Below are positions 11,651 through 22,075 of a stretch of 64,000 bases of DNA, piece by piece. The DNA is from an uncultured delta proteobacterium (GTDB taxonomy: Bacteria > Desulfobacterota > Binatia > Bin18). A model generated the notes under the pieces. The model did no database searches and was not told where the DNA came from. It worked only from the letters and a program-made list of their open reading frames with translations. The translations under genes and the position numbers were made by a program. The stretch spans positions 32,001 to 96,000 of the forward strand of contig CAVTCR010000026.1 in NCBI GenBank assembly GCA_963733195.1, in the 5' to 3' direction. Within the stretch, counting starts at the first letter, position 1; the number at the start of each line of letters is the position of its first letter.

Positions 11651-12121
11651 CTATAGCACGCCGAGCGTCTGATCAGGTGAAAGCTGGTATTCCGAACTCT
11701 CTAGCGAGCCAAGCTCGTTGGGATATTGTTCCTCAATCCTGCGCATTACCTCTCTCGCGTTGTAAACGGCCGGATGATCCGCATGCGCAACGACTCTTAT
11801 GTGCGCTGTCGCATAATAATTGCGTGGAAAGAGTCCAGCTTGAGCGAATAGATCACTAATGTCGAGGGTGTCCTGAGCAACCACGACGAAGTGCTCATAG
11901 CCAAGCTGGGTGGTTAATTGCGCACAGCGATACAGCAGAAACTGTTCGACCTTGTCGCGCGAGGTGTAATTATTACCTTTGAACCGTACGCGATAGGCCG
12001 TCTCAGCCAGGCGGAAATTGGTGTATCCACCAGTGAGGTTTTCGTGTCGATAGGCGGTAGCACAGCCCGCCAGCGGGATGAGCACAGCTATAAGCCCGGT
12101 CCACACGAGACGAGTCAGCAC
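11651..12121 (-). CDS. Putative lipoprotein (CC0125/CC1285-like)
   Basis: Signal peptide with lipobox LAGC; GGY...YRVRFKGNNYTS..V..FLLYRCAQLT..GY.HF pattern. Confidence 0.65.
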   Translation of the reverse strand: MLTRLVWTGLIAVLIPLAGCATAYRHENLTGGYTNFRLAETAYRVRFKGNNYTSRDKVEQFLLYRCAQLTTQLGYEHFVVVAQDTLDISDLFAQAGLFPRNYYATAHIRVVAHADHPAVYNAREVMRRIEEQYPNELGSLESSEYQLSPDQTLGVL

Positions 12122-12262
12122 TCACCAGCGTTCTCTCGGTTCTGCATAGTGCACCTTCCTCTTCAGATCCAGATAGCGTGAACCGATCATCAGGGCAAGG
12201 GAAGATGCCGATCGGCAGTGGTTTGTTTTCTTCCTTAGAATAAGAAGAAACTTTGCGATCTT

Positions 12263-12356
12263 TGTCATTCTGAGGAGCAACGCGACGAAGAATCTCTCAG
12301 ACCCAAGTGCGGAGGGGAGAGATTCTTCACTCCGTTGCGCTCCGTTCAGAATGACA
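12263..12356. repeat. REP-like palindrome (GTCATTCTGA...TCAGAATGAC)
   Basis: Terminal inverted repeats tgtcattctga/tcagaatgaca with internal gaagaatctc/gagattcttc arms. Confidence 0.8.
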
Positions 12357-12489
12357 TTTTTGTGGCGTCAGTGGCCAAACTGAACCACCATTTCTTCAAC
12401 GATGCCGGAAGTTAGGATGCCACAGTGTTAGAGGGAGGTATGTTTTGGTAGCGTGAGCTTTCTCGAATCTCTCGCAAAGGAACGTGAGC

Positions 12490-13640
12490 ATGGCAGACAA
12501 ACGTAAGTCTCGCAGGAAAGCAGGAAGAGCGTCGGACTTTGGGCCGCCAGAAGGAGGAGGCACTGTTCCCGGTAGCGCCGTCGCGTACCGGATTGCCACA
12601 TGACTACACCGTCGTTCTTGACGAGATTAAGCGTCGTATTCAGCAAGAGCGTCTGCGAGTTGTTATGTCCGCGAACTCGGCCATGGTGTTGCTGTACTGG
12701 GACATTGGTCAGATGATTCTCCAGCGACAAGACCACGCAGGGTGGGGCGCTAGGGTGATCGATCGCTTAGCCAAAGATCTCCGCGATGCTTTTCCTGATA
12801 CAAGAGGCTTCTCTCCACGTAATCTCAAATACATGCGTGCTTTTGCTGCGGCATGGCCGGATCGCGCAATTGTGCAAGGGCCGATTGCACAAATTACCTG
12901 GTATCAAAACCTCGCTCTGCTAGAGAAACTGAACCACGAGTAGCGACCGGCTCTGGTACGCTCGGCAGGCTCATCAAAATGGCTGGTCCCATAATATTCT
13001 CGTTCTTCAGGTCGAGAGTCGGGCTCATGAGCGCCACGGCAAAGCCATCACCAACTTTTCGACGACCCTCCCGCCTGCTGATTCCGATATGGCCGGTCAG
13101 ATCTTCAAGGACCCATACCTCTTCGATTTCCTTGGCACGGCTGACCCACGCCGAGAGCGTGAGGTCGAACAAGCGCTTGTTGATCACATCCAACGCTTCC
13201 TGCTAGAACTCGGAATTGGTTTCGCCTTTGTTGGTCGCCAAGTTCTACTTGAGGTTGGTGACCAAGACTTCCACCTCGACCTGCTCTTTTACCATTTGAA
13301 GCTCCGTAGTTATGTGGTTATTGAACTAAAAGCTGTACCGTTCGAGCCTGCATTTGTCGGTCAACTGAACCTCTATCTATCCGCAGTCGACGACCTCCTG
13401 CGTCATCCCGATGACAGACCTACTATCGGTTTGTTACTCTGTCGCTCCAAAAACAAAGTGGTGGTGGAGTACGCTTTACGGCATCTGAAACGACCAATCG
13501 GCGTTGCTCAATGGGAGACGAGCATCGTCAAGTCCTTACCAAAAGAGTTCGAGGGAATCTTGCCTACGGTAGAGGAAATCGAAGCGGAACTCGCCGAACA
13601 GTCCAAGAGGAGACCGCGGTCTCGACAAAGAAAGTCATAG
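12490..13640 (+). CDS. yhcG: YhcG / DUF1016 PD-(D/E)XK nuclease family protein (frameshifted)
   Basis: LYWDIG, GWGARVIDRLAKDL, GFSPRNLKYMR, KDPYLFDFL, FLLELGIGFAFVGRQ, DLLFYH, VIELK, GQLNLY. Confidence 0.88.
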
Positions 13641-13718
13641 AGCGAATGAGCAAGTAACCAATGCGCTTGTGACAAGGGTCGCGACGCGATTCCTGGCGCA
13701 CGCATCTCTATCATCAGA

Positions 13719-13789
13719 GTCATTGCGAGCGAAGCGAAGCAATCCTTGTATTCTGGAGATTGCTTCGTCGTACGACTCTTCGCAATGAC
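13719..13789. repeat. REP-like palindrome (GTCATTGCGAGCGAAGCGAAGCAATC type)
   Basis: Near-identical arms to the copy at 51541-51616. Confidence 0.85.
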
Positions 13790-14082
13790 CGGGTCCTCCG
13801 CAGGAGTTTGGCTGCACGTTCGCGCAGCTCAGCGGCTGGCGTATGCTCTTGAATCTCGCAGGTGATGGCGCTGACCTGCGCTTGGCCGACTTCATCCCCG
13901 GTGAAGTCAGGAGGATTGTAGAGGATCGGGACATGCCAGAGGTGAGCAGCGCTATCCAGTTCCGGTGTCCCAGCAGCAAATACACTTCCAACCTGGGACA
14001 GCAGAAACCGGTTGACTACCGCACGCACCTGTGGAGGTGAGAAAGAAGCTTGTGCCAGGGTTGATCTCTGTTGTTCGGCCAT
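13720..14082 (-). CDS. Hypothetical protein whose 3' end runs into the REP element
   Basis: ORF MAEQQRSTLAQ...ELRERAAKLLRR looks protein-like, then reads through the palindrome. Confidence 0.45.
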   Translation of the reverse strand: MAEQQRSTLAQASFSPPQVRAVVNRFLLSQVGSVFAAGTPELDSAAHLWHVPILYNPPDFTGDEVGQAQVSAITCEIQEHTPAAELRERAAKLLRRTRSLRRVVRRSNLQNTRIASLRSQ

Positions 14083-14466
14083 GATTTCCATTCCTGACAG
14101 ACCATCATGCAGGATCGTAGTCTACACGTTCCTCCGAAGCAACCTGATACCAAGATCACGAATGAAACGCTTCAGGAGAAGAACAAGCAGAACGGAACAA
14201 AGACAGGACAGAGTTTACATCTGCACTATCAGTTATGGAATGTCCTCCTGTTCCAATTGCTCTACGAGTTCATCTTCTGGTGTAGAGTGATTACCTGCGA
14301 TAAGGAACAGAGAGTGAGGATGCAGAGCCCGTTGAGTCGAGTCTAGCGGCGTTCCACAATGGCCGAGGAGTAGAGACCAGGGCTAGTTTCGTCTGGCGAG
14401 CAGTGTTCGAGGAAGGTTACCGTACTGCCACAGTGGCGGCTTTCGTCGGTTGCCCCGCTGCTACTG

Positions 14467-15585
14467 TCAGCTTCGTGCTGCAGAGACGCGGTTGCTTTTA
14501 AGATACAGCCTCCGAAGGTGATCGATTTCTTTGAGCCTATGAGTCTCTAAATCCTTGTATTTCCAGAAAGTCCACCCGTTGGTTTGGTAATAAGGGCGAC
14601 CATTGTGAGGCGGCCCGTTTACAGAGTTCCGTGCCATACCTCCAGCTACAGACAAAGATGTATACGTCTTGCCACTGAAGAGAACTGTTCCAGTAGACTG
14701 AACCATGGCAGAGAGACGGTTCCTCTTATACTCAACCTCTATTTCCAGAGGAGGGTGAATAAGTCCAGATTCTATGAGATCTGAGATCGTCACAGGAATT
14801 ACTGTGGGACTCTTCCTCCGTTTGGACTTTTCTCGCGCGCTAATCCTTTTTTCTCTCTTTTGCGAGGAATGCGTGAAACTGTTCACGCTTGGAGAGATGT
14901 TCCTCGTTGGGAACTCTACTCGAAGGTCCACCCTTTTGAGGGAGTTTCTAATGTCGCCTTGAGTTAGTCCGCTCGTTTTTTTGTGTAACAAACGAACAAA
15001 ACTTTCGTCTTGGCTTTTGACCAGACTTTCCAAAGATGCCCTGATTCGTCGGTCAATGAAATGGGCTTTCCATAAAGCATTGAGGCTTTTCTCCCTCATC
15101 TTTTCTTTGGAGAGCAGTTCAAGGGTTTCAACAACGTGCTCCTTTTGACTAGCATCAGAAATGCGAACAGTCCGAAATAGTTTCTCCTCTGCGTCCACTG
15201 GTGCGTGCGCATTATAGAGTCGATACTCATCTCCATTAGTGAGAACACACCATTCTACTCCTACCACTGTCGCATAGCCCAGAGTTTGGGAAATCCATTT
15301 GCGGTCGCTTAAAGAAGCATCTAACGCCTTGGCTTCTACAAAAAGACAAGGCACCCGGAGCAAGAAAAGAGCGTAGTCTACTGGGTTGTCTTGCGGCTTT
15401 CGTCTATATTCCAAGGACACTTCGTCGAGGTCTTCTAAATCCCATCCTTGGGCCGACAAGAGAGGATTGATGAGAGCCATCTTAGTATTCTGCTCACCAA
15501 TAGGCTCTCTTCTCTGGCGAATTCGTCCAATACTATCTCTTAAGCGTTGAACGGTGGATACTATAAACTCCCGTCGTGATTTCAT
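14467..15585 (-). CDS. Type I restriction enzyme HsdR N-terminal-like nuclease fused to a probable RAMA domain
   Basis: EQNTKMALINPLL..GWD, VDYAL, FVEAK, QTLGYA, LTNGDEYRLY (HSDR_N-like); C-terminal ISDLIESGLI...GKTYTSLSVAG...NGWTFW (RAMA-like). Visibly AT-richer than its flanks. Confidence 0.72.
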   Translation of the reverse strand: MKSRREFIVSTVQRLRDSIGRIRQRREPIGEQNTKMALINPLLSAQGWDLEDLDEVSLEYRRKPQDNPVDYALFLLRVPCLFVEAKALDASLSDRKWISQTLGYATVVGVEWCVLTNGDEYRLYNAHAPVDAEEKLFRTVRISDASQKEHVVETLELLSKEKMREKSLNALWKAHFIDRRIRASLESLVKSQDESFVRLLHKKTSGLTQGDIRNSLKRVDLRVEFPTRNISPSVNSFTHSSQKREKRISAREKSKRRKSPTVIPVTISDLIESGLIHPPLEIEVEYKRNRLSAMVQSTGTVLFSGKTYTSLSVAGGMARNSVNGPPHNGRPYYQTNGWTFWKYKDLETHRLKEIDHLRRLYLKSNRVSAARS

Positions 15586-16192
15586 CTCATCCTCTCCCCC
15601 TCACTGACCGCAGAAGGGGCAAGGCTTGTATGCCTGACGACTTCACATACTGTCAAGGGTGAGTTATCGACACGACAACTACGGAGTATTGGACTTGATC
15701 TTCGTTGTTTTCTTGATGTACCGACACAAAATGAAGAGCTGTACTGAGCCATCAGACAAACCGCCTCGTTTAAGCTGCTTTGGCAGGTACAGGCTCACTA
15801 GCGTGGCCTCGGAGGATATTCCATCACCTCGTCGTACATCATACGTACAAAGGCACAGAGGAACGCAAGACTCGCTGAACCTCTCTCAACATACATCCTA
15901 CGCCGCCTTTGGCCGTTTTGCACGACGTTTGCATATCGGACGTGGCGCCTACAGGCTACGGGCCAGTGCATAACTCTCTATGAGGGAAGTCAAGGCTACA
16001 TTCTTCGCTTTCCTAGCCCAAAGGTTGATGCCGTTAGATAAAAGAGCTTCAGTCTTGTAATCAAGCATCACGGGCGGTTATTGGGATTTTCGATAGCTAA
16101 CCCCTCTGCTATCGCCGCTTGATTAAGATTCGTGTCGGCTGAGATCAGTGTGAGCGGTGCAAGCCTGTACCCGCGCCGTTCGGTGTTCACAT

Positions 16193-17104
16193 CGTGGCTG
16201 CCTATCGTCAAGAGCTAGGGAAACGATTCCAGCTCTGGCGACGAGTGCACGAGTAAGTCGTAGCCGCGGAGCACGTGCAGGTATCTTGTATGACGAGGCT
16301 AAGTCCATTGCGCGTTAGGTTTCAACTCGGTGACGACGTCCTTATAGCGATTTTGAAGTGGGAGCGACCAATAGCCACAGTGCTGAAACCACCCCAGAAT
16401 GTCTTGCTGGGTGATCGACGAAAAAGCCGCGACTAACGCATCGAGTAAATCTGGTAAGGTGTGCGGTTTGAGGACGCGCAAGCGGGATTTCACTTGCGAC
16501 CAGCAGTTTTGGATCGGGTTCAGATCCGGAGAATACGTGGGGAGAAACAGGACCCACGCGCCCACAGCTTCAATCGCGTCCTCGATGTGATCGAGTTTAT
16601 GAAGCGGGTTGTTATGCATCAACACAATATCGCCGCGTTTGAGAGTGGGCACGAGCAGCTCTTCGACAAAGAACAGCATGGTTTCCCCATCAATTGCTCC
16701 GGGCACGCTCAAGCCGGTGCGGATGCCAGCGAGCCCAATCGCGCCGATCGTGGACACGTTGCCCCCACGATCACCGGGCACCTGATCGCAGACGCGTGGG
16801 CCGGGGTCAGCGCGGCCATAGCACCGGGTTAAGCCAAGAGTGCTGCCCATCTCGTCAATACAGAGGTAGTGGCCACTATCCCAGGCCCTCGTGAGTTGCC
16901 GAAACTGTTCGCGAGCCTTTTCGTCGCGCTCACTGGCGATGAGACTTTTTTTTGCGCGGGAGGTTCAAGACCTGTAAGTTACGAGAGATCGTGGAAAGAC
17001 TGACCGTGGCTTGGCATTTGTCAGTGAGGACCGTGCCGCGTCGACCTCGGATATCCGTGGCTGCCTATCGTCAAGAGCTAGGGAAACGATTCCAGCTCTG
17101 GCGA
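16193..17104. repeat. 49-bp exact direct repeat (16193-16241 and 17056-17104) with degenerate extension
   Basis: cgtggctgcctatcgtcaagagctagggaaacgattccagctctggcga occurs twice; gapped similarity continues about 100 bp downstream. Confidence 0.85.
16342..16955 (-). mobile_element. IS630-family transposase, truncated (DDE part only)
   Basis: KKSLIASERDE...IDEMG...FLPTYSPDLNPIQNCWSQVK; an A8 run at about 16945-16952 at the usual ORF1/ORF2 junction; tatagcgattttgaagtgg end. Catalytic positions look decayed (MHN for MDN, PIQ for PIE). Confidence 0.82.
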
Positions 17105-17389
17105 GAGGGCACGACTCCAGTCCTGGCCGCATAGCACCGTGCAGGGGCTATCTTCCTATGTCGTGGCTTGGTATTGGCCTTGTCTTCAACAAGGTGACAA
17201 CGCCCTATTTTACTTCGATCGTCCGCGCAAAGCGAAGAAGTAATGAAGGCCTGGCTGGCAGCCTAAGCCGGATGTCACGGATGACGATTATGTTTGCAGA
17301 TGAGGGGTCACCCATTCCATCGACGACTCGAATGTTGGACAGCACGGGCACCGGCCCGCGAGAGATCAGAGTGACATTAAGACGAAGAC

Positions 17390-18109
17390 CTAGGCGATGT
17401 GAGGCTTTCTTGGACGCCTAGCCTCGAACTGTCTCTTTTTCTCTATTACTGCTTTGGCGACTTCGAGATCTGTAGGTGCCCGGCTAGAGCCATCAGACGC
17501 GTCTGAATAACTGACGAACACCTCGTACACTTTGATCGCAAGAATAGCCAACTGCGTAGGGTTGCTCGGCACTACTCCCTCGGGGAAGCAATCAGCGTGC
17601 TCTCGTAGAAACGTTGCGGCAGCTTGTACCGCGGAATGCTCTTTGCGATCGATCTGCGCAGGGTAACTGAATTTCCAACGAAGTATGCGCCGATTGATCA
17701 GTTCTTTATCGTCACTGCCTGCCTCAATTCCGGCGGCGGGGAATACTCGACAATCGTAGTTGCGGCAGGTTTGCGGCCGATGCTCATAGATCGAACATTT
17801 GTCGTCCACCAGCATGGGGCAGCGTCCTTTTTCGTCGTAACCCAATAGAACATTACCCTTGGGCAGCCCCGGTGCGGGGAACAAAAGTTCATTCGGTATC
17901 CGGCTAAGGGTTTGGGATTCTTCTGGTCCGATGTGGATGAAGTAAGACGACCTACAGCAAGCGTTGCACTCGCCGCATGGCACGTTGATGCTGTCTTTTT
18001 CTACCTGCGCGTTCCGCGTGCGACGGAGCCAAGAAGAGAATCCACCAGCAGGCAGAGCTTGTTGCTTGGTGACATCCTCGACATCGAGCGGTTTTGTATC
18101 GTCGCTCAT
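17390..18109 (-). CDS. YkgJ family cysteine-cluster protein
   Basis: CGECNACC...CPML..KCSIYEHRPQTCRNYDC. Confidence 0.82.
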   Translation of the reverse strand: MSDDTKPLDVEDVTKQQALPAGGFSSWLRRTRNAQVEKDSINVPCGECNACCRSSYFIHIGPEESQTLSRIPNELLFPAPGLPKGNVLLGYDEKGRCPMLVDDKCSIYEHRPQTCRNYDCRVFPAAGIEAGSDDKELINRRILRWKFSYPAQIDRKEHSAVQAAATFLREHADCFPEGVVPSNPTQLAILAIKVYEVFVSYSDASDGSSRAPTDLEVAKAVIEKKRQFEARRPRKPHIA

Positions 18110-18358
18110 GGCTTCTGGTAGCGTAGTCCAAAACTCAACACAAGTCTGCTGGATATGCTCATTCACACATAAGGTGTGCAAGCCGGACCGCATGTCGAAT
18201 CAAGAATGTTTCGGTATCTGGAAACAGGAAGCCGCGGCGGCTCTGGGAAACCGCAACCTGATTGACCGGCGCATACGCTGGTTACTGGATTTCCATTTGT
18301 TCACATGTTTGTTGAAGTTTCTGTCTCAACGAGTGAGGAATACTGACCGGAAAACAAT

Positions 18359-19837
18359 CTATGCGGTTCTCGTTCTCCGTTTATTGTTGCGCGTTCTCTC
18401 GTCGTCATTGATGTGGACCTCTTCGTCTTTTCTCCGTGCGCGAAAATTCAACTTCACCGGAGTACCGAGTAAATCAAACGTCGCTCGCAACTGATTCTCG
18501 AGATAGCGCTCGTAGGCTGGGGTGATTCCTTCTGGTACGCCGGTGAACAGCACAAACTGCGGTGGTTTGGTTGCGACTTGGGTGACATAAAAAATCTTTG
18601 GTTGTTTGCCCTTGAAGCTTGGTGGTGGGGTGCGTCTGGTCCATTCCTGAAAGCTACGATTGAGCTGTGTCGTCGGCAGTTGCAGCGCATGGGCTTGTGC
18701 GACCTGCATGACGACAGGGAGCAGTTTGCTCAGTCGGGAGCCTGTCAACGCTGAAAGGAACACCACAGGGAGGGAGTTTGTAATAGGGATCGTATCGTGA
18801 AGATTCTGCAAGTAGCGCGCTTGATTCTTTCGTTCGGCAGGGACAGCATCCCATTTGTTGACGACCAGTATCAACGCCCGCCCGCGATCCCAGGCGTAAC
18901 GGGCGAGGCGTGCCTCTTGGTCGGTCATGCCCTCGACTGCATCGATGACCAACAGCCCGATCTCCGCCCGTTCGAGCGCTTTCAATGCAATGAACACACT
19001 CGCCTGTTCGATCCGCTCGTAAACCTTGGCCTTCCGCCGTGCTCCAGCCGTATCGACCAGCACAATCTGTTTACCGTCCCATTCGATGAGGCTATCAACT
19101 GCGTCTCGTGTGGTGCCGGGAGTAGAATCGACGATCGACCGTTCAAAGCCGACCAAGCGATTGAGGAGGGACGACTTACCAACATTCGGGCGACCAACAA
19201 TAGCGACGTGTAATGGGGTGTTGGGAGCTGAGGGCTGGGGGCTGGAGAGTTCAGGCTCGAAGCTTGAAGCTCGAAGCTTGGTGCTTGAATCCTTCTGACT
19301 CCAGGTTTCGGCGACTGCCTCCATGAGATCACTGACGCCGCGACCGTGGGCAGAAGAGATCGTGTAGAGTGGATCAAGCCCCAATGCAAAAAACTCTGTG
19401 GCGGCTGCTTCCTGTTTGTCTCCATCAATCTTGTTAACAGCAAAAAATGTTGGCTTGTCAGTGCGGCGGAGAAGATCGACCGCCTCTGCGTCCGCTGGGT
19501 TGAGCCCTTCGCGACCATCGAAAAGAAAGATAATCACATCTGCTTCGCTCATGGCGAGGCGCGTTTGTTCCTGGACCCGAGAGTTTAGTCCATCGGTATC
19601 CTGAAAATCGAGTCCTCCGGTATCAACCAGAAGCACCGGTTGCCCCTGCCACACAGCTTGAGCAAAATTGCGGTCGCGAGTGACGCCTGGTGTGTTATCA
19701 ACCACGGCTTTGCGTTGACGAAGCAGCCGATTAAACAAGGTTGACTTTCCGGCATTCGGTCGGCCAACAATGGCAACCACTGGTAAACGGGAGCTTGTGG
19801 CCGTCTGAGTTTCTGTCTGATGTAACGCCTGCGTCAT
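18359..19837 (-). CDS. der: Ribosome biogenesis GTPase Der (EngA)
   Basis: Two GTPase domains (GRPNAGKS / GRPNVGKS, DTGG / DTAG, NKID / NKWD) and a KH-like C-terminus. Confidence 0.96.
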   Translation of the reverse strand: MTQALHQTETQTATSSRLPVVAIVGRPNAGKSTLFNRLLRQRKAVVDNTPGVTRDRNFAQAVWQGQPVLLVDTGGLDFQDTDGLNSRVQEQTRLAMSEADVIIFLFDGREGLNPADAEAVDLLRRTDKPTFFAVNKIDGDKQEAAATEFFALGLDPLYTISSAHGRGVSDLMEAVAETWSQKDSSTKLRASSFEPELSSPQPSAPNTPLHVAIVGRPNVGKSSLLNRLVGFERSIVDSTPGTTRDAVDSLIEWDGKQIVLVDTAGARRKAKVYERIEQASVFIALKALERAEIGLLVIDAVEGMTDQEARLARYAWDRGRALILVVNKWDAVPAERKNQARYLQNLHDTIPITNSLPVVFLSALTGSRLSKLLPVVMQVAQAHALQLPTTQLNRSFQEWTRRTPPPSFKGKQPKIFYVTQVATKPPQFVLFTGVPEGITPAYERYLENQLRATFDLLGTPVKLNFRARRKDEEVHINDDERTRNNKRRTRTA

Positions 19838-19904
19838 AGTGAAAACTCTTCTCGTTCTTCAATAAGTTCTAGGAGACTCAGTCAGCGATGAGGTAGAGGG
19901 AAGT

Positions 19905-20043
19905 CCGTTTGCGCTGAGCTTGTCGAAGCACATCATAGCAAACCTCAGCTCATGCTATAGCGGAGTTCTCTTCAGTGCATATGTTGAACTACCGTTCGTC
20001 CTGAGCGCGGCCGCACTAGCGGCGAAGTCGAAAGATGAACGGT
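19905..20043. repeat. REP-like elements (ccgttcgtcctgagc...gtcgaa type)
   Basis: ctgagcttgtcgaagc and accgttcgtcctgagc...gtcgaaagatgaacggt; related to 46997-47082. Confidence 0.6.
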
Positions 20044-20159
20044 CACACCTACAATAGAAAACTTTTCTTGAGTCTTATAGCGCCTTTGCTTGCGCCTTTC
20101 TTCCCCCCCTCGCGCGTGCTATCGTCCGCCGCGATTTCATTCGCCAGATAGGAGGGGGC

Positions 20160-21293
20160 ATGGCAAAGGCAATCGAAGCATACACTGCCGTGGGCATTTC
20201 GCCGACAGTACGCGGCGTATTAAAGCGCCAGCAGATTAAAACCAACATCGAACATCTTCACGAAGTGTGTGCTGGAGCATGTTGGCTCTCTAGCTTGGCC
20301 CTTCCAGTACGACTTATTGTGATTCCAGAAGGAGCCTTACAGGGATTTACCGATGAGGTATTTGACTGGGATCACGAAAAGTATGCCGAGGAGATTGCCA
20401 TCGATATTCCTGGCCCCGAAACCGACATGCTCGGAAAGCTCGCCAAGGAGTTCAATGCCTACGTGGTAGCGACAGCGAAATCGCGTGAACCAGAATTTCC
20501 TGGATTATTTTTTAACAATGTTTTTATGCTCTCCCCACAGGGAAAGGTCATCCTCCGCCATCGAAAAAACTCTCCGCTCTTTCCTGTAGAACATTCTGTG
20601 TGTCCGCACGATGTATGGGACAAGTGGATCGAAATTCATGGACGCTCGCTGAATGCCTTCTTTCCTGTCGCCGATACTGACATCGGCAAGATCGGCATCT
20701 GCATGGCCAATGAAGGGTCGTATCCAGAACTCATTCGTGGCCTGGCCATGAATGGAGCCGAGGTTATTTGCCGACCAGCGTATCCAGAACCGCATGTGAG
20801 CAACGGTGCGTGGGAGATTCAGAACCGTGCGCGGGCGTTAGATAACACCTGCTACATGGTCGCGCCCAATCTCGGAACATACTATCTCTTGCCAGAATCG
20901 CCCCTACCGGTTGACACCTTTGGTGGTCACTCAATGATTGTCGATTATCGCGGACTGATCGTCGCCCGGCATGATTACGGTGCGGGTTCATCGTATTGTG
21001 GCGGTGTAATCGACATCGAAGCGCTGCGCGAGTTCCGGGCCCGTTCGCCCCTCATGAACTGGATGAAAGACCTGCGAACGGAAGTGATCTCGCTGATTTA
21101 CGAAAAGCCAATTTACCCGAAGAATTTATGGCTCAAACGGAAACCGATGCACCATGCGGAATACAAGACTGAGGTGATTGACCGACAGATTCAGCTGATG
21201 CAGGATCGCGGGGTTTTTACGCCACCGGCGAGAGGGGAAGCGGTACAGACTCGGTCAGCGAAAGTACAAAAAGTGAGTAAGAAAAAAAAATGA
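20160..21293 (+). CDS. Carbon-nitrogen hydrolase (nitrilase superfamily) protein
   Basis: IPEG, HRK, RGLAMNGAEVI, NRARALDNTCY and GGHSMIVDYRG motifs. Confidence 0.82.
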   Translation: MAKAIEAYTAVGISPTVRGVLKRQQIKTNIEHLHEVCAGACWLSSLALPVRLIVIPEGALQGFTDEVFDWDHEKYAEEIAIDIPGPETDMLGKLAKEFNAYVVATAKSREPEFPGLFFNNVFMLSPQGKVILRHRKNSPLFPVEHSVCPHDVWDKWIEIHGRSLNAFFPVADTDIGKIGICMANEGSYPELIRGLAMNGAEVICRPAYPEPHVSNGAWEIQNRARALDNTCYMVAPNLGTYYLLPESPLPVDTFGGHSMIVDYRGLIVARHDYGAGSSYCGGVIDIEALREFRARSPLMNWMKDLRTEVISLIYEKPIYPKNLWLKRKPMHHAEYKTEVIDRQIQLMQDRGVFTPPARGEAVQTRSAKVQKVSKKKK

Positions 21294-21342
21294 AGGGCGA
21301 GGTTGCCTCAATCAGGCTACAAGAGGTGAGCACATCAGGTCT

Positions 21343-21512
21343 GTTACCCTGAGTCCCCTTCGACAGGCTCCTCTCCCAGGACAGGCTTCGATAAACTCAG
21401 GATAAATTCCACGAAGAGTCTCTCAGAAAGACCTGTCCTGAGCCCTTCGTCAAGCTCAGGATAAACTCCGCGAAGCGAAGTCGAAGGATTCTTCGCTTCG
21501 CTCAGAATGACA
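21343..21512. repeat. Composite REP-like palindromic element
   Basis: ccctgag..cttcgacaggctc, cttcgataaactcaggataaa, gattcttcgcttcgctcagaatgac. Confidence 0.75.
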
Positions 21513-21568
21513 ACAATAAGTAGTCCCGTAAGAAAGTGTACGAATCTCGTTTGGGCCGATTTAGCGCG

Positions 21569-22075
21569 TCAATTGATGATGTACACCTTCCGCGAACGTA
21601 CGCCGAAACTTGTACACGCCTGAACCGAAGGTAAGAACAAGTCGAGTTTTTTCCCTTTGATCAGCCGCCCTGTGTCTTCAGCAATACGAACGCCAATTCC
21701 TTCAATCTCAAGTTTTGTCCCGAGCGGAATTACTCGTGGGTCAACTGCGACAGTGCGCTGATGGTGCGGCCGTGTTCCACTTGCGGTACGACCAGAGGAT
21801 TTAGCATATCGCGTATACGCGGTCATTTTGAAATAACCAAGGTGGCGGTGCGAGGTCGGTCTGCTCACAGCCGTGGGTTCCGGGGTGGCGGGGTAGCTTT
21901 TTGCCACGGAGGATTTTGCCAAGAGCGCCTTGTCCTCTTCGTGCTGCTTTTCTTGGGTGCTCTTTGCGTCCTCAGGTCTAACAGCGAGACTTCCCGGGAC
22001 TATCGTGCTCACGAGTGCACCGCTCACAAGACACGCTTTCACACATTTCGTGATCATGTTTTTCCTCCCGTGCAA
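21569..22075 (-). CDS. 3D-domain secreted protein
   Basis: MTAYT, TASG, VAVDPRVIPLGT, AEDTG..IKG..LDLF; N-terminal signal-like segment. Confidence 0.88.
   Translation of the reverse strand: MHGRKNMITKCVKACLVSGALVSTIVPGSLAVRPEDAKSTQEKQHEEDKALLAKSSVAKSYPATPEPTAVSRPTSHRHLGYFKMTAYTRYAKSSGRTASGTRPHHQRTVAVDPRVIPLGTKLEIEGIGVRIAEDTGRLIKGKKLDLFLPSVQACTSFGVRSRKVYIIN

Noticed and set aside
15600-16300. Short ORFs between the nuclease and IS630
   Set aside because: No recognisable motif; looks decayed or low quality.
16940-16955. Functional programmed frameshift in IS630
   Set aside because: The A-run is present, but the upstream HTH ORF is missing and catalytic residues look mutated.
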